Source of the DNA: Fimicolochytrium jonesii
Taxonomy: Eukaryota
Direction of reading: 5' to 3'
DNA: 64,000 bases
Assembly: GCF_025526975.1 (NCBI RefSeq)
Contig: NW_026515668.1
Location: forward strand, 620,001-684,000
The position numbers and the translations under genes were made by a program. Shown here piece by piece: positions 27,236 to 40,500 of the stretch (position 1 is the stretch's first letter; each line of letters starts with the position of its first letter). Under the pieces are notes generated by a model that made no database searches, was not told where the DNA came from, and worked only from the letters and a program-made list of their open reading frames with translations.

Positions 27236-29032
27236 GTTGAAGGTTGGTTGGGGAGAGGCCTTGAGAAGGTTGCTGGGATGCAAACGAGGAAGCAGCTTTT
27301 ATACATTTCGGGCGCGCATGAAGTTTTGTTGTCAGCCTTTGTCTCTTTCCTCCACATACGGTCAGTGGGGAAACGTATAAGATACCTTGGATGACCACAT
27401 CGGGTGCTAAGGTGGCATCCGAGAACGTCAGAACTTTGGGCCTCGGGGTAGGAGGGAAGAGGTCACCCACTCCGAAAGGTAAAGTACGGTACTTTCCTAA
27501 AGGAGCCTCCACCATGTGCATCGTGCAGCTAAAGTTTTTTTTGGCACATCCAGCACATACAGTAGGCGGTGAAGCATCCACCGATCAACACGTCGACGTT
27601 TGCCATCCCGTGATGACCTTGCTTTGCGCGTCCTTGGCTGGATACGCGGCTACAAGAATACAAGAAAAAAGTCCGCGTGAGGACGAGGCTGCAGAAGCCT
27701 GCCTGTGCAGGGATGATGCATGCACATGGATGCCTTTCCTGTACGCTCGTCATGGTGAATACATATCGTGTCTCCCAAAAACAATCAACGTCCACAACCA
27801 AAAGGCGTCCACAACCAAAGGTCCCAACGACATTTACCAGGAATGGCTCAGGGACCAACCGGCGAAGCCGGTCGCCGGAGCGGATTCTTCCACACTTCCA
27901 CCCTGTAATGCCACTGGCGATGGAGATACCCACACATCGCCACGGAAAGGAAATCTCCCTCTTTGAAAAGTAAGGTCCTCCCTCGGATTGATGTATGGAG
28001 CTAGGCGATGTGCGGGTTTACATTTCATGGATAGGGAACCTGCGTACTGTATCCGTATACGAACTGTGTACATATATTGGCCAATTTGGCCTGACAAGCA
28101 TCCGTTACTGTATGCCATCAACCTAACTCCGCCATTATGGGCTTTTCACAAATCAAAAATATCCACGGGGCCGTTGACAGCTCCGACCCACGCCGCCGGG
28201 TCAGCGCATTACCGGGGGGATCCAAATGTGGATTCCTTGATTTCCGGTTTGTCCAATCATGAAAAGGTCATGAGTTCTGCAGATCACTGGGTCACAAGAC
28301 AAATAAAAACATTCGGGCATGACCTCGCGCAAACATTCATTTGCGTGCGCTTCAAGGTCCGCGTGTTCAATGTTGTACCTCGATACATGACGTCAGAGTG
28401 AGTCAAGCCAAATGACAGTAGACCCTGTCAATCTTGGCCGTCCAACGAAGGGAAAAACTCAATGTCCGACATAACTCATATGAACATGCAAAGAAGCGAG
28501 CGGACTGTGAGATGGTGCAACGTGAAGTCCTCCTCGCCCTATCTAACCTCTTTCAGGATGATCCATACCGACGACTCCATCACAGCAATGTTTCGCATGC
28601 CTAACAATTGAGCTTCCTCGCACGGAGGGGCGATGCGAGGGCAACCGATTGAATCTCTGCGTGGACAGGCAAGAGCACAAAGTGGAAGCATCCGATGCAT
28701 GCATTTGAACACCCGTGGATGGCGACATCCGAAATGCAAGGTAAATTTGGCACGGTGTGTCGGAGAAGATAGGGAAGTTCCCTGGCATGCACGTATGTAT
28801 GCGGGCTTGGCATCGGACATCGTTTCCCTTCTCGAGTGAACACCTTGTCGTGACGGAGGGAAAGGCCGCTTGCCCCACCCAAATTTCGGAAAAATCAGCA
28901 GTCAGCGACTGTTCTGGGAGTGTGAGGTATTCTTGTTGATTTTATGTACAAAATGTTTCATTCCCGCAGTGAAGGCTCATATGAAGGTCCACCTCTCAGC
29001 AGCTGTTGACATCTCAGACCTTGACCGCGAGA

Positions 29033-29697
29033 TCAAGCGCTGACCTTAACTCCCTACAAGAGGCAGAGAAGATGTATGAACGTTGATGAGATGGCCTCGA
29101 TAGAGAACGATGCCGAAAGAATCGCGTCCGCCTTCCCAACCTCCCTCCAAGCTCACCTTCCAAAAAGCGATGTAACCCTCGATGTTCTTAGCAGCGGGCT
29201 TGGGGCTCGGATAGAACCAAGCGGCATCCTTGTTGTCCTTGCCATCGACGCTCACCGTGTAATAGCTCGCCTCTGATGGTTGTCGGAAAGAGGTCAGTCA
29301 TGGAAACGCCAATGAACCTTTATGCTAGTATGAGACACGCGGAGAATGAACATGCAGTACACTCACCGCCTTTCCAACCGCATGTGCTGTGAGTCGACGA
29401 AGGCTTGAAGTAGTCCTTCTTGATAGAGTCGGGCGGGAACTGTTTGCGTAGGGCGTTGTGTGCAGAAGCGGTGTCAGCTCACTTCCGTGTAGCAGAAAGC
29501 AGCGGAACACTATGGGTCCGAGTATGCGCAACGTAGGACTACTCACGTAAACGTTGTTCTCTACCGTCTCGAACTTGTCGCTCTCGGCGATAACTGATAT
29601 TGATTGGCAATCGGTTAGGCCCACCGGTGATGGCAAGTGACACCTGACATTCCGCCATCTCTCACTTACCAACTCCATTCCATTCTGCTTTCGGCAT
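29033..29697 (-). CDS. DUF427 family small protein; 5 exons
   Basis: Spliced MPKAEWNGVVIAESDKFETVENNVYFPPDSIKKDYFKPSSTHSTCGWKGEASYY..VDGKDNKDAAWFYPSPKPAAKNIEGYIAFWKGVKVSA; YFP, CxWKG.ASYY and AAW.Y motifs. Confidence 0.88.
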
Positions 29698-30318
29698 CTT
29701 GACACTCGTTCTCGTTTGAAACCTTCTGATAGACTGTAGTGCGCTGGCCTTCGAAGAATATGACCGTGCGAGAAATGTATTTAGGTTGAACGATGATCTT
29801 GCGTGCATCTGAACGTCAATCGGGAGGCGGAAGAAAGCTCAACTTCTCGATCGCCGATCGGCCGTTCGGCAAACGCGCAGGCAAACGCGTGACAGTGCCC
29901 GTGTGGCTGTGCAATCCATTGCGGCGAACTTCAGCGGAAGCTCGATATGCTGTATGGAATCTGCAAGGAATATGTGCATACGGTCGGCCGAACGGAGAAC
30001 GACTGTTTTTTGTCAAGGAAGCTTTGGTCTTGTGCAGCAGCGCCGCACCCCGCAAGTCGCCTTGTTGGATATCACCGTACGCTGCCAGCTCGTACGATGT
30101 CGAGATGGCTGGGAATTCCACGGCTCTCAGCGCGTGACTTGCCCGTCGTGGAAGAGCTTTCCGCGGGTGGAATGAAGCAAAAATGGGTGGGGAATCCTCG
30201 CCGTATAAACATTGGGGCAAACATCTCCGGTACTTATAGGCTTCAACGAAACAGAGGCTCACCGTAGTAAGCTGTGTAAGCGCATTCACCGAAACGTAAG
30301 GAAACGCAACTCGTGAAA

Positions 30319-31393
30319 ATGTCCTTTTCCCCAAGACTCGCAATTGCAACACATTGCGTCAAGCCACGTCTTGCGCGCTGCAGGCTATCCCCACAACCGT
30401 TGCGAACCTTCTCCACAACAACCCCACAGCTCAGTTCACACCCCTCACCAACTGCGAGCGCCACTCCATCATCCCGCAAGAAAGTAACAATTGGAACGCT
30501 CAACAAGCTATGGCGGCAAGGGACACCTATCACTATGTTGACGGCGTACGATTACCCGTCGGCGTTACTGGCCGACCGCGCGGGAATGGAGACGGTGTTG
30601 GTGGGGGATAGTTTGGCGATGGTGGCGTTGGGGTATGAGAATACGAACCGGATTACGCTGGACGTAAGTGTTTTTGGCGTGGGCGGCTCGAACTTCCCAA
30701 TTATTTTTCTGACAAACTCAAACCCCACAGGAAATGCTCCACCACTGCCGCGCCGTCTCCCGCGGCTCCCGCCACGCCTTCCTCATCGGCGACCTCCCCT
30801 TCGGCACCTACGAAACCTCCCCCTCCCAAGCCATCACCTCCGCCACCCGCATGATCCGCGAAGGCCGCATGGAAGCCGTGAAGCTCGAAGGCGGCACCGA
30901 GATGCAAGATACCATCTCCAGCCTCACCCGCGTCGGTATTTCCGTTCTCGGTCACGTTGGGTTGACACCCCAACGTGCGACGTCGTTGGGTGGGTTTCGC
31001 GTGCAGGGGAAGACGGCCGCCGGAGCTGTGAGGTTGTTGAAGGATGCGTTGGCTGTACAGGAAGCGGGCGCGTTTGCGGTCGTGATCGAGGCCGTACCCG
31101 AGCTCGTCGCGACGGAACTCACGAAGCGGTTGAAGATACCGACCATCGGTATCGGGGCAGGGAGCGGGTGCTCGGGGCAGGTGTTGGTTGGTATGGACAT
31201 GTTGGGCGTGTACGATAAGCTGCAGCCAAAGTTCTGCAAGACGTATGCGGAGGTTGGGAAGATTACGGTCGATGCGTACAGGGCTTTTGGGGAGGAAGTG
31301 AAGCATAGGACGTTTCCGGTTTCGGAGGTGCATACCTACCCGATGGGGAAGGAGGAGGAAGCCAAGTTTTTGGAGGCTATTAAGAACTTGTGA
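30319..31393 (+). CDS. ECM31: 3-methyl-2-oxobutanoate hydroxymethyltransferase (PanB), mitochondrial; intron 30664-30730
   Basis: [64 protein letters not shown]. Confidence 0.95.
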
Positions 31394-31680
31394 TGGGTGA
31401 GGCTGGTATAGCACGGATAGGCAGATTTACCCATAGCCGCACGTAGGATACATAGTGTATAGATCTTTCGAAGACATGCAGAACACGAACTACGTGATGT
31501 TCGTCAATAGAATTTCTCAATTTCCAAGTTTTCTGGTAAGGGATATAGGTTAAAGGAATGAGGTCTAGAATCTGAAGGGTAGCGTCCCATGAGGAAGCCA
31601 ATGAAATTAGAACTATATAGAAAACGATCGTACGCCGATGACCCGAGCGCTATGGTGATAAACTCATGTCTCCGAGCCTC

Positions 31681-34129
31681 CTAGTCCAACAGCTCGAAAA
31701 TGTTCCGATACTCCACACTAAGCTTCGGCCTGTTGACAACCAACTGTCCCTGTATCCCCGTAATCTTGGCAATCAAGTACAGGTACCAAATCACACAAAG
31801 CGCAACGACAAACTCGACTGCGTTGTTGACATGTTCCGGCGCATACAGCTTGACCACCGACACCGCCAACCCGGCCAACGAGCGCGCCGACCCCTGCGAA
31901 TCCACATGTGGGGAGATCCACCGCGGGTTGGGTGGGTCCTGTCCCGTCTTCCCGCTCGGCGGGGCCGGTCCCGTCCCATTGATGGTGGGCCGACGACCGA
32001 GAATGTTGAACTGGACGTAGTCGTTAGTGGTTTGGAGTAGTGGCTCGACGTTGTTGACGACCATGGTCGGGAGGAGACGGCCGAGGATGCCTTGTCCTTT
32101 TGCGATGAAGGGTTGGCGCACGCGCTGGGCGCGCTTGAGGCCTTCTGTGTCGATTAGTTTTTCGATTTGAGTGGGGACGGCTTTGCCGGTGATGAGGTCG
32201 TAGGCGTCTTGGCGGCGGCCGTCGACGAACTTGGGGAGGAACAAAGAATCAGTGAAATATACAATCAGCAATGAATGGCGCAAGAAAACCGTGAGATTGG
32301 CATTAGGAGAGGTCTACTCACGTTGTTGAGGTAGAACCGGGTCAAGGAGTTGATACCATCATTCAAGCTTCCTTTCAGCGTCTTCCTTCCCGTCCGGGTG
32401 ACATCAGCTTTCAGAGCCCCAGTTCCCGCATAAAGCAGACTGATCGCGTCACCAGAGTCCGCCCACATGTTCGTCAAGATCTGCCTAGAGGGCTCCAATG
32501 CTTGACGGGCCACAGCCACAGGATCGACTAGATCACTCGCAATCACACCGTCCTGGCCCACCGGCAATGGCGGAAGATCGGGCGAAATGGTTTGCAGCTG
32601 GTAGGCCAACATGTACCGAGCGAAGATACTGCACGTCAGGTTTGTGCGATCGAGAGAATCCAGGCACGACACGCGAGCCAATCCCGTTTGCAGTTTCGAC
32701 ACCTCCAACGAGCCTTTGGTCGCCAGCGTCGGGACCGCGCCATCGGCAATGAACCATCCGCTGCTCACTAGACGGTGACGAACCCGGTCTAACAAGATGT
32801 CCATATTCTCGTACTTCGCGCCTTTGCACCATTTATTGACGGGGAATGCCTCGTAGACGACCTTCTCGTCCATAAATCGCTTCACGGAGTCTTCATAGAC
32901 CTTCGTCAACCTTCCCTCGAAGCCCGTCACGTCCAGTAGATTGACGCACACCACCTTCCCGACATCCGACCCTCCTTGAATGAATGTGTCTTCGCCGATG
33001 TATTGTCGTTTCAGATCGTCGTAGTGCTTTTTGCAGGAGTTCCAAACCACAGTCTTGTCGATGGACGCAATCAAGAGCTCCGGCTTATAATCCAGATTTA
33101 AATCCTGACCCCAGACTGAGGGCACAGACCCGCGGATCTGCACAAAAGTGCTGATCTTTTTTCGGTTGATGTAATCTTCGTGAAAAAGAATCTGTTCCAT
33201 TTCGACATTGTTTGCCGTATTGCCTTCAAAGTCGAGCCCACGTCGCACGTATCGCGTACCCATCCTGCGACCATTTAGGCGAGACAGCAAAGTGAGCTTG
33301 TAAATGGCCGGTATATCGGATTCCGGGAGCTTGACCTTCAGGTCGATCGTTCCAGCAAAGCCGCTAATCGCACGGATGACCCAAGGTTCGGCATCCTTCC
33401 CAACATCAAGTAAAGGCTTAGCGAGGGCCCGAGTGAAGAAGTATCGGTCGTCGACAACTGTGCGAGAAGCTTGTCCGGCAGCTTTCAGCTGGTTGTGTTG
33501 TATCGAGTGGGTAAGATCGTAGGTGGTTGAGAAGTAGAGGTGCCCCGAGTTGACAATTTCATTCACAGACTGAAGTAGTTCGTGATCCAGCGTATACTGC
33601 AATCAAAGACCGTACTGAGCCATCGCCCTGGAAAACCTCGACACTCCCGATTGAAGTTACCTTGGCAAGCGTTTTCTCATCCACATTGCGAGGGGAGAGC
33701 TGCCCATGGACAGCACCCGCACCGAGTGGTAACAGGTTTGCAGCCGTTATCCTCCAGATTTTGTGCGATTGGACAGTAGCGGCAAGTGTGCGGGCTGTGG
33801 CGACTACGACGTACTTGCCTATGCGCGTATGACCCAAGACGTGAGTAAGATGGTCACTTCAACATTGGGCGCTTAAAGGAATAATGACACGTACCTAGGA
33901 CAAGCTCAATCACACCAACGACGGCGCAGATCTCGAAGGGGTCGGTTCCCTGAAGCGCCAGCGACCTTGCGTTGACCCCTGTTTTGACTGAAGCTCCGGA
34001 TGGGGTGAGCACTAGAACGGAACTCGCGTTTCCAGCCTCCGCAACGTAGGAATCTTCGACAACATATCCCGAGCTATCGGCGGTGCGGTAGACGTTGAAG
34101 TGATCCCTTCGAACGGCGTTTCCTTTCAT
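31681..34129 (-). CDS. SAC1: Sac1-type phosphoinositide phosphatase; 4 exons
   Basis: LYFSTTYDLTHS, GTRYVRRG...G..AN.VE.EQI, FVQIRGSVP..W.Q, RVSCLDSLDRTN (CX5RT), W.D.GD.IS..YAGTGALK.D.TRTG, DG.RQDAYDL, C-terminal TM and VNRPKL. Confidence 0.9.
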
Positions 34130-34572
34130 ATCTGTCACGCTGAGGGTTGGGGGTGCCTTCGAGAGATGAGTTCTATTGAGGTTAAGGGTGCTGTGGGTGC
34201 TGTGCGGTGAGTGCTGGATGGTGCTTGGAATTTGACGGTTCCTTCCGCGCTTTGTCGACGACGAGATGCTGCATTCCGGGCAGCCGCTGACACGAGGCAA
34301 AGTGGAAATCAAAGTTGGAATTGAATACAGTCAGGCATGCACGTGCCGCACAGATTAAAAGTTTGCTTACGTTATGGGAATCGACTGTTGCAACTTCGCA
34401 GAATTCGACGTTTTTGAGGTCGCAGTTTGCCCCTCCATTCACTTTCGCACTTGTTTGTTCAAACTGCTGTGGGCGTTGGTTGAGAATAGGCCTTATATCG
34501 GACGGGCCCAGGGACAGCAGCCGTCGTGAGCGTACTTGTGTACTGGCCGTGCAAGGACCCCGACGCTCCAAC

Positions 34573-37500
34573 ATGTCGCCTCCAGCGGAACACTTGTCGC
34601 ACGCTAACCTTGTGACTGCCTTGAACTCTGACAATGTCGAGACTTTACTCTCGGGTACCAATCAAAAAAAGTTCTCTGGGATGCTGCCAACGAGACACTG
34701 AGCCTCTTGTGTATTTTCAGGGTTAACGGCTTTCGACCGGTCGCTTGCCAGATTAGTTTACGAAGAGGTGGACAGTGAAGTCTCGAATGATGCAGAGTTG
34801 CTCAAGGCGTACTTGAAGCAGTCGCCTGAAGCTACCGAGCTTTTCCGAATATGGTCATTTCAGCAGGAGGTACGTTTCCTGGGATGCAGCCTACTACTCG
34901 AGGCGAGAGGACTCATCGATTTTCGTGACTGTAGAACGCGTTAGACCGGATAGGCAGTGTGATAGTCGATGTGATCGCTCGCATAATCGAGGGATCGAAA
35001 CTGGTGGAGCTGTACCCATCCGGGCTCTTCATTGCTCGTCGCGTTGTGCGTGAATATATGAAGCAGCTATACCGAGGGTTGTCCTCAGGAAAGAACAGCA
35101 TGATGCAGTCGACGCTGAGGTTGTTCGTGGCCGTTGCGCGCTTCAATCCTTCCACGTCGAAGGAACTAGTGGAGAACTTCAATTTCACAATGAATGCCAT
35201 TCCGAAACTGCTTTCCACACGGCAAAAGTCCCAAAGCAGCAAAAGTCACCGGGCTGAAGATGTTCGTAGCCTCTACGTAAAATATCTGCTGGCATTATTG
35301 GAGCATGGGGACGGAACGACGAAGAAGTTCTTGATGGAAACGAAGAACTTGTTGAGCAGCATATTCAAAGGGCTACCGGAGGACGACATCGAACTTGTGC
35401 GAACAGTAACTGAGACCTTACGCCGGACTGTTGTGGACGATGCTACTGTACCACGCACAGTCAAGATCGCATTCTTCAATAACTATGTACTCGAGCAGTT
35501 GAGCAGATTGTACGGTCGCACAGACGTGGACGAGTCATCTTCTACTTGCATCGCGGATGTTGGGCACGCCTTTCTATTGCACCTCTGCTCGAATCCGGGT
35601 GTCGGCGTGTGCTTTCAGGACGCTGGATGGTACCCAGCAAAGTCCAACACAGGCGCAAAGAGCATTCGCGTGTACAACAAAGTGCTGCTCAAATTCTTGG
35701 TAGCTCTGAGACCAACCGAGGACGTTCGACAACAGGATCTCGTCCTAGCTGTACTGAAAAGCTGTCCGGAACTGGTGCACCCGTACTGGAACGAGCTAGC
35801 ATCTCTGTCTATGGACCCTCGCCCGTCAACGAAATGGTTAGCCAATATGGCGCTGGCTGCAAAAGTGATTAGCCTCCCCGTACCACCGATCTTCGGCGCC
35901 AATGAAGTCGGATCACTCCCTCCGCCTGTGGACACCGTGGCACAGAACATTCTACCTTCACAGCTGGATCGATCCGTCAACAGCCGCGCCCTTCAGCACC
36001 CCAATTCGATGATAAAGCACACCGTCGCCGTTGTTTTGGGGCTTGCGTTCGCAAAGTTGGCTGCCGTGCAGTCCATGGTTGGAGACATTGTCCGCACTAT
36101 CACGTCGTCGTCAACACAAGTATCATTTGCGTTTGGAAACGTTGACGAATTGCTGAGTGCGTGGGCGAAATTCAGCTCGGATCTTATCGAGGATGTACGA
36201 AGGCGGGCACCGGATTTGCAGATTGTGCTGGCCATGCAACACCAGCAGCTGAAGCAAGGAGGGGATACGACCACGGCACCACAACCCAGTCCAACGAATG
36301 CAGAGATAGATGGGACGGAAGATGTTCTGGAAGAGATATCAACGGAGGTGCTGCACTGCGCCGCATTACGCCTGATCCAACAGTACCAGCGGCAGTTCCC
36401 GGACGCGATTATCGAAGCTCGCGTCAATTACGGAAAGTTCCTGCCGGCAGACCTGACTACCTGTTCGCCGGATTTACAGCTGCATTTACTCAGACTGATA
36501 GGAGAGGTACCCGAATTCAACTGGAAGGAACGGGCACCGAACGCCTCGGGATCACATCTGTACACCATTCTCCGTCTTTTCCTCGTCACGGACGTTCCTG
36601 AAGTCAGAGACGCGGCAACCAACGTAATCACCCGGATCCTCTCAGACTCGCTCCTATTCCAACACCACGTCGACGAGATCCCCATTTGGCTCGACACTTT
36701 GCAATCAAACCCCCCAGAACGTCGAGACGCAATCCTATCCTGGATCGACGAGGCCTTCTGCACGGGATCTCGCACGCCTTACCGCCTCGTAGACCGTATG
36801 TCGCAACTCATTCAATCCGCCGATAGCCAGATGGACGAAACCGAGAAGCGGGTGGCGGATCATATCCTGGCTACACGGAAGCGGACGTTCAATGCACCGT
36901 ATGATGATCTTCAATTGCCGTATTTCCCGTTCAGCCCCGCTTTGATGTGTGTTACGGATGGGCTGCAGGCGTTGTTGAGAAGGAATGTGGAGAACGAGTC
37001 GGCGCAGGCGGAGGCTTCGATGAAGTTTTTCACTGCGCTTGTTGTGGACGTTGTACATGGGACGCAGGGGACGTCGCGATACGCTTTGTCGCTTGTCGGC
37101 ACGATTGAGGGCAAGAAAGTCCCACTTGAGGTGCTAGCTTCGTATTTGGAAGGATTTCTCTCGGGAAAGCGGGGCGAGAGTGCGCAAACCCTCCTTACAT
37201 CCGAGGGTCGGTCTTCCCCACGTCTCACGGACCTCTTCAGTTTCTCCGGGACGCACACGGAACAGGCGACGGAACGGTATGTGGAGGCGCTGAAAATCTA
37301 CGGTGATACGCGGAAGTGGTTGGAATGGACACGACATACTTTCCTCGAAGTGGGCCGAGTGGTCAGGCTGAAGGATGAGGCGAAGATATCCCTTTGCTTC
37401 AGGGTACTAGAGGCCATTGTTTCGACGGCTCGCCCGGGCAATGTGGGTCCCACGAGCGCGGTGTTAACGGCACCGATTACGGGAAAGCTGGCTGCTAGCG

Positions 37501-40500
37501 AGGAGTATGCTCGAATCCGTGATGTCATTTTTGGACATCCCTATTTGACAGACAATTACGTGGGAACGTCGCCACAAGCAAAATTCCTAAGCCCAGCGGT
37601 AGTCGATCTCGTCCATCGTTCAATGACCGCAGAATCCGAAGCAAACTTCAACGCGAACTCGACGTCACCTGTCTGGACAAGCTACTGCGACACAATCCGC
37701 GACCTCCTCCTATCCGAGCTCAGCACAACCACTATCTCCCAAACCTCCGTCACCCTCTTCAAATCCTTCCGCCAATTCATGCCCCCGCAAAGCCTTAACA
37801 CAATCCTCCAACACCTCCTCACCAACCCCACCTCACCCGACGATCTCCTCTACCTAGCCCTAACAGCCCGCTCCGGAACCGCCGAACAGATCATCACCCC
37901 CGATTTCTTCCGAAAACTCATCGCAATGATCCCCACCGCATCCAACGCGGAGGTGGAACGTGTGGTTTTGAAGATCATCTACGATGGCGTGCTTCCGTTG
38001 CCGCTTGCGATGGAGCGGAGGACGGGGGAGGTTTCGTGGGCGCTGTTCAAAGTCCGGGGGGAGCGGGAGGGGGCGGGTGCGGATGTTACGGCTTTGTTTG
38101 ATGGAGAGAGTGTCCGGTTTTTGTTGAAAGGTTTGAGTGGGGAGAGTGGTGATACGCGGGCGGAGATCTTGCAGGTGTTGGTTGCGTATAATCCCAGCTG
38201 GCGGGATTGGGTTGCGACGCAGTTTGCGAAGAAGGATGTGGTTGACAGGTTGTCGGAGGTTGCCGTTTTGAGGCTTTATGCGGGCTTAATGTCGGGTTTC
38301 ACGGTGAGATCGCGGTCCAACGCTAGAGATGCGTTGGACACCGTGGACTGGATTTCGTCAATGGCGAAGAAGCACAAAATGACTGTTCAAGCCTTGCACG
38401 CGCGTGCGGCACCTTTGATTCGCGAGTGCTTATTGGAAGGATCACTTGGCGGTTGCCATCGTCTGAACATTCTGGATACCGACATCCTGTTCAGAAGCGC
38501 GTCACTGTTTGGGAAGGGCGATGGCGAAACTCCCCTTCTGGATGAACTTCTGTCTCAAGCGATTGCACAAACGCAGCCGAAGGACCAGGCGCGTGCGACG
38601 ACGTGGCTTGCTGAGCATTTGAACGTCCTGCTAGCGTTCGAGAACGCACACAAACAAGGAAGCATTGTCGGTACGCTACTCCTCTGTTTTTGGAACACCC
38701 GATGCTTCATTGGGAGGAAGAAGAAACAGATCGATCTTGACGCGGATGACGAACGAGCGCTCGGCGCTCTTTTGAGATTGATGAGGGACCGTGTTTCGGG
38801 AGCGCTGGATGGACTGAAAGTGGATCAGAGGGCTTGGATGACGCTGGTTGAACATAAGGCGCTTGTGAAGCATTTTGTTGTTTCGGCGCTGAAGTTTCGG
38901 ATGGGAGATTGTCGGGTTTTGGAGATCCTGGCGTTGCTTGTGGGGGTGTTGTATGCTGGCCATGTGAGTTTGAAGTCTGTTGACGAGGAATATGCGGAAG
39001 ATGCAATATCTGACATCACGACCTCTTGTTTATTAATAGGCCGGATCGGAGGTCTCATCATTCTCTACTGAGGAGCTATGCGACATGATCACATCCCACT
39101 CGCAATACACCATGATCCTGCATCTACCGGTGGAGTCGGACACCGCTGCAACGGGAATTCAAAAGACGCGTCCATTCTCCATTCCCAACCCCGCCAAGGC
39201 AACTCTGCTGGACTTACTCTTCACGATAATGTCCCAAGACCCCAGTCGCTGCTGCAAGCCCGAATACCTCCCCGCCCTCGCCCAAGCATACGGAGGTAGC
39301 ACTGCACCGGCCGATCGCAACGTCTTGAAAATCTGGAAGCTTTATGAAGTTGATGCTGGGTTGAGCATTGATCCGTACGCCTTCCACTGGGGTCAAGCTG
39401 TTACGAACTCCCTCAGCGGCCTGAGCGCCGCGGAAAGTATAACGAGGATCGACCCGGTGTGGATGGCACATACTTGCCAATGGTTTGTAGCCGATGAGAA
39501 TGTGGAAGTTTCGCGCAGCGACGGCTCAAGTGGCGACAGAGTGTTTTCGTCGAGACATTCGCCGTCGTACGACTGGAAGTTCTTCCTGCCTCTTGTGGCG
39601 GCCATCTTGGCGCAACATCATACCTCGGTCGATCCTCGACAGTTGGTGGAGTCGAATGTGATCGGGTTGGCTGTCATGGCATTGTCGAGCCTGAATGATA
39701 GCACGCGTCGTGCGGGCTACTTCATCCTCGATTACGCCTACGAGGTGCTTTTCAATGCTGAGATCAAGGAACGGAACCAGGTCATCCTGGTCCTGGACGG
39801 TCTGAGGAATGCGATCATCAACAGGGCAGATCTGCTCAACGAAGCAAAGCCCGGCGAGACGCAGAGGATTCCGGGGATCGTCACGTTGTTTGTCGCGCAG
39901 GGTCTGATGGTGCTGCTGAAGCCGGAGAATGAGATGTTCCCTCTTATCAACCGGTTCTTCTTGCAACGGCCGATCATGGATTTGGAAGACGTGCCCATGT
40001 TTTATGATCTGTTCTATTCGTCGACTACGAATTGTCGGAAGGAGAGGGTGTGGATGTTGCGGCTTTTGTGTTGCGGTCTGGAGAGTGCTGCGGTGAGTTT
40101 CGACACTCGAATAGTCACTGTTGCTTTGATGACGAAACTCATTTTCCCATCTCTCAGGACTACCGATGCTACAAACGGCGTCACGTCCTCGACATCCTCA
40201 TGAGCTTCTTCACCTCCTCAATGGCCGACACCATGCTCCGCAAGCTCGTCCTCGAATTCATCTTCCGAGCCACGGCCATCCCCTCCGTCATCTCCGACAT
40301 GATCACCCAAAGCGGGTTGCTGACATTCCTGCAAAACGCCGTAGGCGGATGGGACTTCCACAACGTCTCCAACGATATCGCGCTGGGTTTCCCACGGCTG
40401 CTGCGCGCTATCCTGCAAGGGTTCTTGAGATCTGACCCGGAGTGGCATGGAGGGCGGAGGAGCTTGTGGCTGGAAGGTATCGCTACGGTTACCGTCGCGC

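Noticed and set aside
27859..27883. CCGGCGA-n6-TCGCCGG inverted repeat with clustered CGG triplets upstream of the glucoamylase (possible Zn2Cys6/AmyR site)
   Set aside because: Spacing does not match CGG-N8-(C/A)GG, and a 7-bp GC stem is expected by chance
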